This document shows, piece after piece, positions 51,820 to 61,180 of a stretch of 64,000 bases of DNA (the first letter of the stretch is position 1; every line of letters begins with the position of its first letter). The DNA is taken from contig CP092821.1 in assembly GCA_022530585.1 (NCBI GenBank), forward strand, positions 457,525-521,524, given 5' to 3'. The translations under genes were made by a program, and so were the position numbers. The notes below the pieces were generated by a model, which made no database searches, was not told the origin of the DNA, and was given only the letters and a program-made list of their open reading frames with translations. Source of the DNA: Candidatus Nealsonbacteria bacterium DGGOD1a (GTDB taxonomy: Bacteria > Patescibacteriota > Minisyncoccia > Minisyncoccales > UBA5738).

Positions 51820-52275
51820 ATGGCGCAAAAACTCGCAAAGAAAAAAATTAATGCTTCCGAAAAAAAGGACAAACAATCTTTTACCGCAACAGAAGTTGGC
51901 GCAATGTTGAAAAATATTAATACCAACATTGATCGATTGATTGATGGCCACCAGAAATTGGATCAAAAAATCGACAGGTTGGATGAAAAATTAAGCGCTA
52001 AAATTGACGGGCTGGACAATCGCATAGTTTCCTTGGAGAGAAGAATAGTTTCCTTGGAAAGAAGAATGGATTCGATGGAGCAAGAGATGAAAAGCGGTTT
52101 TGGAACAATAATTGATTTTATGGAAGCGATTGACTCGGAAGTGGCGGGAATTAAAAATAAACTGGAAACCAAGGTTGATAAAGACGATTACACTATAATT
52201 GAGCGAAGAGTAACAAAGTTGGAATTTCAGGCCAACGAGTGCCAAAAAATGATTGACGCGGCAAAGAAACCGTAA
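51820..52275 (+). CDS. Small coiled-coil protein, distant third member of the 29892/43614 family
   Basis: 151 aa. Heptad/octad repeats (NRIVSLERRIVSLERRMDSMEQ) and a K.DKDDY segment analogous to KVDDYRAD in the paralogs. Confidence 0.5.
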   Translation: MAQKLAKKKINASEKKDKQSFTATEVGAMLKNINTNIDRLIDGHQKLDQKIDRLDEKLSAKIDGLDNRIVSLERRIVSLERRMDSMEQEMKSGFGTIIDFMEAIDSEVAGIKNKLETKVDKDDYTIIERRVTKLEFQANECQKMIDAAKKP

Positions 52276-52580
52276 TTCGTATTTGTATTTTACAGGGGCG
52301 GGTCTTGTGCCCGCTCTTTGTGTTTTGCGAATTTGCAGGGGCGATTCCATGTAATCGTTTTACATCATTTTAGGCATAGTTATTACGCATTATATTATAA
52401 TTTTGTCAAGGGTAGCGGAAATGTAGAAATTGGGGTAAGATTATAAATTAAGTTTGATATGGCAAGGCGCGAATTTGTGGAGGATTGACCTTCCAAAGCT
52501 GAGGTCAATTGAAAACAATTTATAAAGGGGTCGCACCCCTGCGCGCTCGCAGGGGAACGACCCCTAATACGAATACTTAA

Positions 52581-54128
52581 ATGGCAAATATTGAGGAACT
52601 TAGAGGGGCGCGGTTAAAGAAACTGGAAACCTTGAAGAAAGCCGGGTTTTGGGCTTATCCGATCGCGACAAGCCGGACGCACACGGTTCGCGAAGCGTTT
52701 TTGGGTTGGGATGAATTGGCGGCTTCCGAAAAAGAAATTGTGATTGCCGGGCGGATGAAATCAATGCGCGGCCATGGCGGTTTGTCGTTTGCGGATATTG
52801 AGGACGGCACCGGCAAAATACAAGCATTCTTTAAAAAAGACGGTTTGGGGGAAAAATCATACCAGTTCTTTTGCGATAACTTTGATATCGGCGATTTCGT
52901 TGAGGTGCGGGGTACGCTTTTTGTGACCAAGCGCGGGGAAAAAACCATTGATGTTGCCGGTTACAAAATATTGTCCAAAAGTCTTTTGCCTTTGCCGGAA
53001 AAATGGCATGGCTTGCAGGACACCGAGGAGCGTTATCGCAAGCGATATTTGGATTTGATTTTCAATGACGAAGTTAAGCAAAAATTCGTTGTTCGCACCA
53101 AGATAATCACCGCCATTCGCGAATTCCTGGACAAACGCGGCTTTATGGAGGTGGAAACCCCGATTCTGCAGACGATCTACGGCGGCGCCACGGCCAAGCC
53201 GTTTAAAACGCATTTTAACGCCTACGATATGGATGTTTTTTTGCGGATCGCTCCGGAATTGTTTTTAAAGCGCTTGCTGGCGGGCGGATTCGAGAAGGTA
53301 TACGAGATCGGCAAATGTTTCCGCAACGAAGGGGTGGACAAACAGCATAATCCGGACTTTACGATGCTGGAGTTCTATTGGGCTTACGCGTGTTACAAGG
53401 ATTTGATGAAACTGACCGAAGAAATGTTTTTGGAAATTTTGGATAAAGTTTTTGGCAAACAAAAACTTGTTTACCAAGGAACGGAAATAGATTTCACGAC
53501 TCCTTGGCCCCGGATCGAATTCAATGAATTGTTAAAAAAATACGCTAAAGTCGATTATTGGGAACTGAATCGCGATGGTCTGGCCGCCAAAGCCGGAGAA
53601 CTCGGGGTTGAATTCGATAAAAACGCGGGCAAAGCCGAGATCGCCGATGAAATCTACAAAAAATATTGCCGGCCGCGCATCATCCAGCCCACATTTTTGA
53701 TCCATTATCCCAAGGAGTGCAAACCATTGGCCAAACAGCTGGAGCAAGATTCCGATATTCTCGCCAACTACCAGTTGATTGTGAACGGATTCGAGGTGGT
53801 TAACGCGTTTTCCGAACAAAACGATCCGATCGAACAGAGAGACCGTTTTAACGAACAGGAAAAAATGTTTAAGCTTGGCTTTAAAGAAGCCCAGCGCACC
53901 GATGATGATTTCATCGAGGCGCTGGAGCACGGTATGCCGCCGGCCGCCGGTTTTGGCATGGGTATCGATCGCTTGGTCGCTCTGTTGACCGATTCCAACG
54001 CTCTGCGCGAAATTATATTGTTTCCGATTATGAAACCGCGCGTGGAACCGAAATCGGTTGATTTAAATTCGCGGGAGAAACCGATAGAAATTGAAAATGT
54101 AAATATCAAAAATCAAAATGACAATTAA
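52581..54128 (+). CDS. lysS: Lysine--tRNA ligase (class II)
   Basis: 515 aa. OB-fold N-domain. Class II motifs (FMEVETPILQ; CFRNEG...HNPDFTMLEFY; GMGIDRLVALL). Confidence 0.92.
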   Translation: MANIEELRGARLKKLETLKKAGFWAYPIATSRTHTVREAFLGWDELAASEKEIVIAGRMKSMRGHGGLSFADIEDGTGKIQAFFKKDGLGEKSYQFFCDNFDIGDFVEVRGTLFVTKRGEKTIDVAGYKILSKSLLPLPEKWHGLQDTEERYRKRYLDLIFNDEVKQKFVVRTKIITAIREFLDKRGFMEVETPILQTIYGGATAKPFKTHFNAYDMDVFLRIAPELFLKRLLAGGFEKVYEIGKCFRNEGVDKQHNPDFTMLEFYWAYACYKDLMKLTEEMFLEILDKVFGKQKLVYQGTEIDFTTPWPRIEFNELLKKYAKVDYWELNRDGLAAKAGELGVEFDKNAGKAEIADEIYKKYCRPRIIQPTFLIHYPKECKPLAKQLEQDSDILANYQLIVNGFEVVNAFSEQNDPIEQRDRFNEQEKMFKLGFKEAQRTDDDFIEALEHGMPPAAGFGMGIDRLVALLTDSNALREIILFPIMKPRVEPKSVDLNSREKPIEIENVNIKNQNDN

Positions 54129-54212
54129 AAATGTCAAAATGTCGATGTATTTTTTATTTTAAATTTTACATTGTCATTTTCCATTTTGATTTTTAAATTT
54201 TGATTTAATGAA
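54085..54212. repeat. AT-rich inverted-repeat element overlapping the lysS 3' end
   Basis: aaaatgtaaatatcaaaaatcaaaatgacaattaaaaatgtcaaaatg...aaattttacattgtcattttccattttgat. The left arm encodes the last residues of LysS (IEIENVNIKNQNDN). Confidence 0.6.
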
Positions 54213-55517
54213 ATGTTGGACATTAAATTTATTCGACAAAATCCCGATGTTGTTAAAGACGCTTGCGAAAAGAAAAATATCGAATGCGACATCAACCATC
54301 TTTTGGATGTTGATGAAAAAAGAATAAAAGTAATGCGGGAATTGGAAGCGATCGCGGCCGAAAAAAACAAAGCCTCGAAAGCGATCCCGCGAGCGAAGGA
54401 CGCGGTTGAACGGGAAGGCATCATCAAAGCGATGAAGGCGCTGGACGAGAATGTGGGCAATTTGGACAAAAAATCCAAGGAGCTGGAAGCGGAATACGAA
54501 CAATTGATGCTTAGCGTTCCCAACATTCCTTCCGATGATTCTCCGGTCGGATCGGACGAAAGCGGCAATGTGGTTGCCGAAACTTGGGGCGAACCCAAGA
54601 AGTTTGATTTTCCGGTCAAGGATCATATCCAAATCGGCAAAGATTTGGATTTGATCGATACCGAAGCGGGCGTTAAAACCGGCGGTTTCCGCGGTTATTA
54701 CCTCAAAAATGAAGCAGTGTTTTTGCACTTCGCGGTGTTTTGGCACGCGCTCAATTTGATGCGCGAAAAGGGATTTACGATTTTCGTGCCGCCCACGATT
54801 CTGCGCGAATTCGCGCTTGTCGGGTCCGGCCATCTTCCGGCCGGCCGCGACGAGATTTATCAAATCGACAATCCCGGCAAATTGGAAAGCGGCGAGGAAG
54901 TCAAAGAGCCGCTGTATCTTACCGGCACCGCCGAACCGTCGCTTTTGGCCTATCATGCCGGAAAAATTCTTAATGAAAAAGATTTGCCGATAAAAATGTG
55001 CGGCATTTCCCAGTGTTACCGCTCCGAAGTCGGCAGTTACGGCAAAGATGCCCGGGGTTTGTATCGCGTGCACGAGTTTATGAAGGTGGAACAGGTGGTG
55101 ATTTGCAAAAACGATATTGAAGAATCTTCAAAATGGCTGGAAACCATGCGCGAAATTTCCCAACAGATATTGAAAGATTTGGAATTGCCGCATCGGATTT
55201 TATCAATCTGCACCGGCGATATGGGCGCGGGAAAATACAAAATGTATGACATTGAAACATGGATGCCCAGCCGCAATGCTTATGGCGAAACGCACAGCGA
55301 TTCCAATCTCACCGATTGGCAAGCGCGGCGCTTGAGCACGCGCTATCGCGACAAAGAAGGAAATATCAAATATCCGCATATGCTCAACAACACGGTTGTC
55401 GCCAGCCCGCGCCTTTTGATCGCGATTTTGGAAAATTACCAACAAAAAGACGGATCGGTTTTGATCCCCAAGGTTTTACAGCCATATTTGGGCGGAATGA
55501 AAGTAATTAAAAGATAA
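54213..55517 (+). CDS. serS: Serine--tRNA ligase
   Basis: 434 aa. N-terminal coiled-coil arm and class II core (YRSEVGSYGKDARGLYRVHEF.KVE; GETHSDSN; NNTVVASPRLLIAILENYQ). Confidence 0.92.
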   Translation: MLDIKFIRQNPDVVKDACEKKNIECDINHLLDVDEKRIKVMRELEAIAAEKNKASKAIPRAKDAVEREGIIKAMKALDENVGNLDKKSKELEAEYEQLMLSVPNIPSDDSPVGSDESGNVVAETWGEPKKFDFPVKDHIQIGKDLDLIDTEAGVKTGGFRGYYLKNEAVFLHFAVFWHALNLMREKGFTIFVPPTILREFALVGSGHLPAGRDEIYQIDNPGKLESGEEVKEPLYLTGTAEPSLLAYHAGKILNEKDLPIKMCGISQCYRSEVGSYGKDARGLYRVHEFMKVEQVVICKNDIEESSKWLETMREISQQILKDLELPHRILSICTGDMGAGKYKMYDIETWMPSRNAYGETHSDSNLTDWQARRLSTRYRDKEGNIKYPHMLNNTVVASPRLLIAILENYQQKDGSVLIPKVLQPYLGGMKVIKR

Positions 55518-55620
55518 AATATCAAAACATAGAATGACAATTAAAAATGTAAAATGTCGGGATATTAACATTTTATAACTTTACATTGTCATTTTGATTT
55601 TTGATTTTTACATTTTCAAT
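55518..55620. repeat. AT-rich inverted-repeat element between serS and the cytidylyltransferase-like gene
   Basis: aaatatcaaaacatagaatgacaattaaaaatgtaaaatg...ttttataactttacattgtcattttgatttttgat. Confidence 0.6.
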
Positions 55621-56031
55621 TTGAAAAAGGTTCTCGTTTTCGGTACTTTTGACGGCTTGCATCCCGGTCATATCAATTTTTTCGCGCAAGCGAAAAAACT
55701 CGGCGGCTATCTGGTTAGTGTCGTTGCGCGGGATGTGACAGTTAAGGAGGTTAAGGGCCGGTTGCCAAAACGCAATGAATTATTGCGGCTAAAGATGGTA
55801 AAACAATGCGAATTGATTGACGAAGCGATGCTGGGCAACTTCGGCAACCCCTACGAAATCATAAAAAAAATCCGGCCCGACATCATCGCTTTGGGCTATG
55901 ACCAAACTTCATTTACCGCTAACCTTGAATCCGAATTAAAAAAAGCCGCAATCCCGGCAAAAATTGTGCGCTTGAAACCATATAAACCCGAAAATTTTAA
56001 ATCGTCACTAATAAAAAAAGGGAGGAGCTAA
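55621..56031 (+). CDS. Cytidylyltransferase-fold nucleotidyltransferase (RibL/TagD-like; substrate unknown)
   Basis: VLVFGTFDGLHPGHINFFAQAKKLG..LVSVVARD carries the (T/H)xGH motif. A TTG start at 55621 is proposed because the ORF-track N-terminus (55594) lies in the repeat. Confidence 0.65.
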   Translation: MKKVLVFGTFDGLHPGHINFFAQAKKLGGYLVSVVARDVTVKEVKGRLPKRNELLRLKMVKQCELIDEAMLGNFGNPYEIIKKIRPDIIALGYDQTSFTANLESELKKAAIPAKIVRLKPYKPENFKSSLIKKGRS

Positions 56032-56177
56032 ATTAAGCCCCATTGTCTTAGTATGTATGCTCCGGCAAGGCATACTGTTGCCCAGCCGATGAGCAATACT
56101 GGCCACCAATCGATGGCCAGGTATCGGATCCGACTTTTCATAAGAATAACATAGCATAAAATAACTATTTTGTCAAG

Positions 56178-56954
56178 ATGGAGGAGAGAAAAATTATCAT
56201 TGATCAATTATCGATAAACCGCAAAACTTTCGGGCGCGGGAAAGCGGTTTTGGCGTTGCACGGGTGGGGGGTCGGGTCGGATTCTTGGGTAGAGGTTGCG
56301 GTATTGCTGGCGCAAGACGGCTTTTGGGTGATCGTGCCGGATATGCCCGGGTTTGGAAAAAGCGAAACGCCCCAACGGCCATGGAATGTCGATGATTATG
56401 TTGATTGGGTTAAAAGCTTTGCCGATGAGTTAAAGTTGGGTAAATTTATTTTGATGGGACATTCATTTGGCGGACAGGTGGCGGCAAAATTCGCGGCCAA
56501 GCATCCGGATAAAGTTGACGCGCTGGTTTTATGCGCGGCCGCGGTAATCCGCAAGCCGCGGCTGGGTTCGCGCCAGCGGCTGGCAAAATTCGCGGCGCGG
56601 GGGAAAATTTTTTTCCAAAAAATTCCGTTGGGAATATATCCGGTGTTGCGCAAAATTGTTTACCGGATTGCCGGAACAAGAGACTACGCGCGATTGCAAG
56701 GCGTGATGGCGCAAACTTTTTTGAATGTGGTGGGCGAGAATGTGATTGATTCGGCAAAACGAATTAAGGCGCCGGCATTGGTCGTTTGGGGCGACGGGGA
56801 CAATGAAACTCCCGTTGAAGACGCGCATGAAATAAATCGCGCGATTGCCGGATCGCGCTTGAAAATCATCAAGGGCGGCGGACATAAACTGCACCGCACC
56901 CACGCGCAAGAGTTAGCCGGTATTATGAATTTATTCATAAATCATAAATCATAA
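56178..56954 (+). CDS. Alpha/beta-fold hydrolase
   Basis: 258 aa. HGWG oxyanion region, nucleophile elbow GHSFGG, C-terminal GGGHKLH. Confidence 0.78.
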   Translation: MEERKIIIDQLSINRKTFGRGKAVLALHGWGVGSDSWVEVAVLLAQDGFWVIVPDMPGFGKSETPQRPWNVDDYVDWVKSFADELKLGKFILMGHSFGGQVAAKFAAKHPDKVDALVLCAAAVIRKPRLGSRQRLAKFAARGKIFFQKIPLGIYPVLRKIVYRIAGTRDYARLQGVMAQTFLNVVGENVIDSAKRIKAPALVVWGDGDNETPVEDAHEINRAIAGSRLKIIKGGGHKLHRTHAQELAGIMNLFINHKS

Positions 56955-56972
56955 ATCATAAATCTTTGCATT

Positions 56973-58655
56973 ATGGAATTCTGGGCTTATCCTTATTTGA
57001 TCTGGTATCTGGCGATGTTTTTATTTTGGATGCTGGCCGCCCATCGGCAGATTTTGTTTTGGCTTTATTTGTGGCAGTTGAAGGAATATCATTCGGGGCG
57101 GTTTTTGGCGCACTTTGAAACCGCCAAAGGCAAAAGCATATTTATCAACCCTTTGTTTCTGGCCAAAGCCGGGGTCTTGATTTTCGGTTATTTGTATTTA
57201 ATGGATTCGAAAGAATATTTGTTGTCGATTGTCGCGATCTTTTTAATTTTTTTCGCGCAAGCGGCGGTTTCGCTGGCGAATATCGCAAAAAAGAATTTGT
57301 TGCAGCCCGCGATAACGAAAAAATCGCTGTTGCTGGCCGCGGCAAGCCATATTCTGTTATTTGGCGCCGCCATCCTGTTTTTTAATGTTTTTTTGGGTGA
57401 AATGAGCGTGCCTGATTTTGCCGCCGGGGCGTTTTGGCTGTTGTTGTTCGATGTGTTGATTCCCTTGATTGTTTCAGCGGTCGTGCTGATTCTCCAGCCG
57501 TTGACCATATGGCAAAAGAATAAAATTTTAAAAAAGGCGGCCGCGGTCATTGAAAAACGGCCGGATTTGACGGTAATCGGAATCGTTGGAAGTTACGGTA
57601 AAAGCGTGACCAAGGAATTGTTGGCCGCCATCCTTTCCGAAAGATTCAAGGTTTTAAAAACCCAAGCCAACCAAAACACGGAAATGGGGGTCGCGCTTGC
57701 CATAATCAATAATCTGAAACCCGAACATCAAATTTTTGTTTGCGAGATCGGCGCGGTGCACAAGGGTCGGATCAAGCAAGTGGCCGGGATCGTCAAGCCG
57801 AAAATCGGGATTATAACCGGGATCAATCAGCAACATTTGGGCGTATTCGGCGGCCAAAAAAACATAATCGACGGAAAATTTGAAATTTTGGACGCGTTGC
57901 CGAAAAACGGCACGGCAATTTTGAATTTCAACAGCCGGCTGGTCGCGGAAAGTATTGAAAAACAAAAAATCAAAACAGATAATGTCATTTTGGCCGGAAA
58001 AGATATTTGGGCCGGGGAAATCGCGGCGGCAATTGATCGCTTGAGATTTGTTCTTAATTATAAAAACGAAAAAATCGCCATAGACATCAACGCCCGCGGA
58101 GCATTTATGGTTGAGCCGGTATTGTTGGCGGTTTCGGGCGCGATCGCCGCGGGAATGGCTTTTCCCGAAGTCGCGAGGATTATCAATCAAACCGATTTTA
58201 CTCCGTTTAATATTATATTTAAAAGGGTCCGACCCTTTTTAGACCAAAAGGGTCGGACCCTTTTAAAAGAAATCGATGTTTTTAATTCGACCTATTCGGC
58301 CAACCCCGATGGCGTTATCGCGCACTTGGATTATTTGAAATTGCATTCCGGGAAGAAAGCGATAATTATGCCTTGTTTGATCGAGCTTGGAAGCGCGTCC
58401 AAAGAAATCCATCGCCAAATCGGCCAAAAGATCTCCCAAGTTTGCGACTTGGCGATTATCACCACCGGCGACCATTTTGAAGAAATCAGAAAAGCCGCCG
58501 TTGGCGCGGGAATGGAACCGAACAATATCGTGTTTCTTGAAAAATCGGTTGAGGTAAAAAAATTGATAGAAAGCCGTTTGTCGGACGGTGACGGGGTTTT
58601 GCTCGAAGGCAGGCTGGCCGAAAGTTTGATGGAATTATTTTTGGCGGTAAAATAG
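56973..58655 (+). CDS. murF: MurF-type Mur ligase (UDP-MurNAc-tripeptide--D-Ala-D-Ala ligase) with ~190-aa N-terminal multi-TM extension
   Basis: P-loop GIVGSYGKSVTKELLAAIL. The NSTYSANPDG motif corresponds to the dDsYNANP signature of MurF. Five or six hydrophobic helices precede the ligase core. Confidence 0.72.
   Translation: MEFWAYPYLIWYLAMFLFWMLAAHRQILFWLYLWQLKEYHSGRFLAHFETAKGKSIFINPLFLAKAGVLIFGYLYLMDSKEYLLSIVAIFLIFFAQAAVSLANIAKKNLLQPAITKKSLLLAAASHILLFGAAILFFNVFLGEMSVPDFAAGAFWLLLFDVLIPLIVSAVVLILQPLTIWQKNKILKKAAAVIEKRPDLTVIGIVGSYGKSVTKELLAAILSERFKVLKTQANQNTEMGVALAIINNLKPEHQIFVCEIGAVHKGRIKQVAGIVKPKIGIITGINQQHLGVFGGQKNIIDGKFEILDALPKNGTAILNFNSRLVAESIEKQKIKTDNVILAGKDIWAGEIAAAIDRLRFVLNYKNEKIAIDINARGAFMVEPVLLAVSGAIAAGMAFPEVARIINQTDFTPFNIIFKRVRPFLDQKGRTLLKEIDVFNSTYSANPDGVIAHLDYLKLHSGKKAIIMPCLIELGSASKEIHRQIGQKISQVCDLAIITTGDHFEEIRKAAVGAGMEPNNIVFLEKSVEVKKLIESRLSDGDGVLLEGRLAESLMELFLAVK
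58221..58268. repeat. Two inverted copies of the aaagggtc(c/g)gacccttt palindrome embedded in-frame in murF
   Basis: aaaagggtccgaccctttttagaccaaaagggtcggacccttttaaaag encodes KRVRPFLDQKGRTLLK. The same 17-mer acts as a terminator-like hairpin at 30285-30301 and 30538-30554. Confidence 0.85.
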
Positions 58656-58790
58656 AAAAATACATTGATGTCGGGGTATTAACCCCGCCATCAACCAAAG
58701 GATGTTTTCTTCAAGATTACTTGCGCTTTGCTAAGGAATCCTCATTCTTTTTGCTCCCCGCAGCGAGCTGACGGGGCATAAAAAGAATAA

Positions 58791-60041
58791 ATGATTATGA
58801 ATTCGTTTCGGCCGATATCGATATCTTTGTCGCCCAACGCGCAAGCCGACGATATAAAGTTGGCGATTTCGGTTGGGCGCGATTCGGGATGTTGGCGCGA
58901 AGGCGCCGCGATCGCCGAATTGGAAGCGGAGTTTAAAAAATATCTGGGCGTAAAACACGCTTACTCCTTTAATAGCGGGCGTTCGTCGCTAATGGCGGTA
59001 TTGGACGCTCTGGAGCTTCCAAAGGGGTCGCAGGTGCTGTTGCAGGCGTTTACATGCAACGCGGCGGCCAATCCGATACGCTGGGCCGGGCTTGAGCCGC
59101 TGTTCGTCGATTGCGACCAAAATTACAATTTGTCCGCCGCGGATTTGAGGAAAAAAATCACAAAAAAATCCCGGGCGGTGATGGTGCAACACACTTTCGG
59201 CTTGCCCGCGGATATGGACGAAATCAAAAAAATTTGCGATGAGAATAATTTAATTCTTATAGAAGATTGCGCGCATTCGTTGGGCGCGGAATATAAAGGC
59301 GGCAAAGTCGGAACATTCGGCAAGGCTGCGTTTTTTTCTTTCGGCCGCGATAAAATGATTTCTTGCGTTTACGGCGGCATGGCCGTGACCAATGATGACG
59401 AATTGGCGCGAAAGATCGCGGCGTTTCAAGAAAAAGCCGGTTATCCGCCAAACGGCTGGATTCGCCAACAGCTGTTGCATCCGGTGTTGATGGATCGGCT
59501 GGTTTTGCCGGCATATTCAATTTTGGGCAGATATTTGCTGGTATTGTTTCAATGGTTCAATGTCTTGTCGAAAGCTATTCATTGGAAAGAAAAGCGGGGT
59601 TTGGCGCCGGATTATTTTCCCAAGCGTTTACCCAACGCGTTGGCGATTCTGGCGTTGAGACAATTCGGTAAATTGGAGATATTCAACGCGCATCGCCGCG
59701 AATTGGCCAAATTATATTATAATGAATTAAAGAACGGCGATTTTGTTTTACCGCCGAGATTAAACGACCGGAAAGCGGTTTATCTGCGCTTTGCCGTTCG
59801 ACACGCCGCCGCGGCCGAAATAATAAGAAAGTCATGGAAAAAAAATTTGCTGATTGGCGATTGGTATCGCACGCCGGTCGATCCGTTCGATACATTGCCG
59901 GAAACCGTGGGTTATAAAAAAGGCAGTTGTCCGACCGCCGAACGCTTCGCGGGGAAGATGATCAACTTGCCCACTCACATTAAAATTGGCGAGAAAGACG
60001 CAAGAATGATCGCGAAACATATAATTCAAAACCGCGAATGA
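58791..60041 (+). CDS. DegT/DnrJ/EryC1/StrS-family PLP-dependent aminotransferase
   Basis: 416 aa. FNSGRSSLMAVLDAL, IEDCAHSLGAEYKG and SFGRDKMISC (PLP-Lys region) are typical of the family. Confidence 0.8.
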   Translation: MIMNSFRPISISLSPNAQADDIKLAISVGRDSGCWREGAAIAELEAEFKKYLGVKHAYSFNSGRSSLMAVLDALELPKGSQVLLQAFTCNAAANPIRWAGLEPLFVDCDQNYNLSAADLRKKITKKSRAVMVQHTFGLPADMDEIKKICDENNLILIEDCAHSLGAEYKGGKVGTFGKAAFFSFGRDKMISCVYGGMAVTNDDELARKIAAFQEKAGYPPNGWIRQQLLHPVLMDRLVLPAYSILGRYLLVLFQWFNVLSKAIHWKEKRGLAPDYFPKRLPNALAILALRQFGKLEIFNAHRRELAKLYYNELKNGDFVLPPRLNDRKAVYLRFAVRHAAAAEIIRKSWKKNLLIGDWYRTPVDPFDTLPETVGYKKGSCPTAERFAGKMINLPTHIKIGEKDARMIAKHIIQNRE

Positions 60042-61069
60042 TCAAGGAAATCAACAATAAAGGCGAGTGGGAAAATTTTTTGGAAAAATGCGCGCGAAAA
60101 AGTTTTTTGAATTCTTGGGAGTGGGGCGAATTTCAGGCTGGGCAGGGGTTTAAAATTTTAAGGCTGGGGGCGGTGGATAACTCAAGGTTGATTGCTTTGG
60201 CGTTAGCGGTTAAAATAAAAGCGAAGCGGGGGACTTATATTTTAATACAGCATGGACCGAACATAATTGAAACAAATCCGGTTGCAATTCAAAAAATCCT
60301 TGATGAATTGTTTTTATGGTTGAAAGGATGGGCGAAAAAGGAAAATGCGTCGTTTATCCGTTGCGCGCCGTTATTTGAAAGAAACGAACGGAATCTGGAG
60401 ATATTTAAAAATTTGGGATTGCGCGAGGCGCCGATGCACGCAAACGCGTATGAAGCGACATGGAAACTGGATATCGACCGGCCGGAGGATGATTTGTTGA
60501 AAGAAATGCGCAAGACTACGCGCTATTTGATACGGCAGGCGCAAAAAAATCCCGATATCGCGGTCGGAAAAAGCGCGCTGGCAAAGGAAATCGAAATTTA
60601 CGGCGGGTTGAACGAAGAATTGGCGCGGCGGCAAAAATTCGTGGCTTTCAAAAAAGATTACATTGAGCGCGAATTCAACGCTTTTGCCAAAGACGGCCGG
60701 GCACTATGGTTTATCGGCCGCTACAAAGGCGAACCGGCGGCGGCGGCATTGGTGGTGTTCTGGTCCGGCGTCGCTTTTTACCATCAGGCGGCGTCGCGGA
60801 TGAAATTCGCGAAATATTCGATTCCGTATCTGCTGCAATGGGAAGCGATCAAAGAAGCCAAGGCGCGCGGATGCACGATATATGATTTTTGGGGTTACAC
60901 CGACCCCAAAGCCTTCCCGAAACATCCCTGGGCCGGCCCAACGCTGTTCAAAATGGGTTTTGGCGGCCGCGCTCACGAATATGTGAAAACCATGGATTTG
61001 CCGCTGTCGTGGAAGTATTGGCCAACTTACATATTTGAAGCGCTAAGAAAAATTAAGCGCGGATTGTAA
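60038..61069 (+). CDS. FemAB-family peptidyltransferase (lipid II interpeptide-bridge formation, FemX-like)
   Basis: 343 aa. FLNSWEWGEF, TTRYLIRQAQKN, FYHQAASR...YLLQWEAIKEAKARGCTIYDFWG. Overlaps the degT-like stop by 4 nt. Confidence 0.75.
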   Translation: MIKEINNKGEWENFLEKCARKSFLNSWEWGEFQAGQGFKILRLGAVDNSRLIALALAVKIKAKRGTYILIQHGPNIIETNPVAIQKILDELFLWLKGWAKKENASFIRCAPLFERNERNLEIFKNLGLREAPMHANAYEATWKLDIDRPEDDLLKEMRKTTRYLIRQAQKNPDIAVGKSALAKEIEIYGGLNEELARRQKFVAFKKDYIEREFNAFAKDGRALWFIGRYKGEPAAAALVVFWSGVAFYHQAASRMKFAKYSIPYLLQWEAIKEAKARGCTIYDFWGYTDPKAFPKHPWAGPTLFKMGFGGRAHEYVKTMDLPLSWKYWPTYIFEALRKIKRGL

Positions 61070-61180
61070 TAATATTCAATATTCAAACTTTCAATTTTCA
61101 AAAAAACAATATTCAAATAAATATCGCGGTTGTTTCGATTGTTGAATATTGATTATTTTTTGAAAATTGAAAATTGAGCG
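61070..61180. repeat. Inverted-repeat intergenic element (family 'ttcaattttcaa')
   Basis: caatattcaaactttcaattttcaaaaaa...ttttttgaaaattgaaaattg arms with an inner caatattcaa/ttgaatattg pair. Confidence 0.55.

Noticed and set aside
54174-55073. 299-aa minus-strand ORF
   Set aside because: It is antisense to serS, which has class II aaRS motifs on the plus strand.
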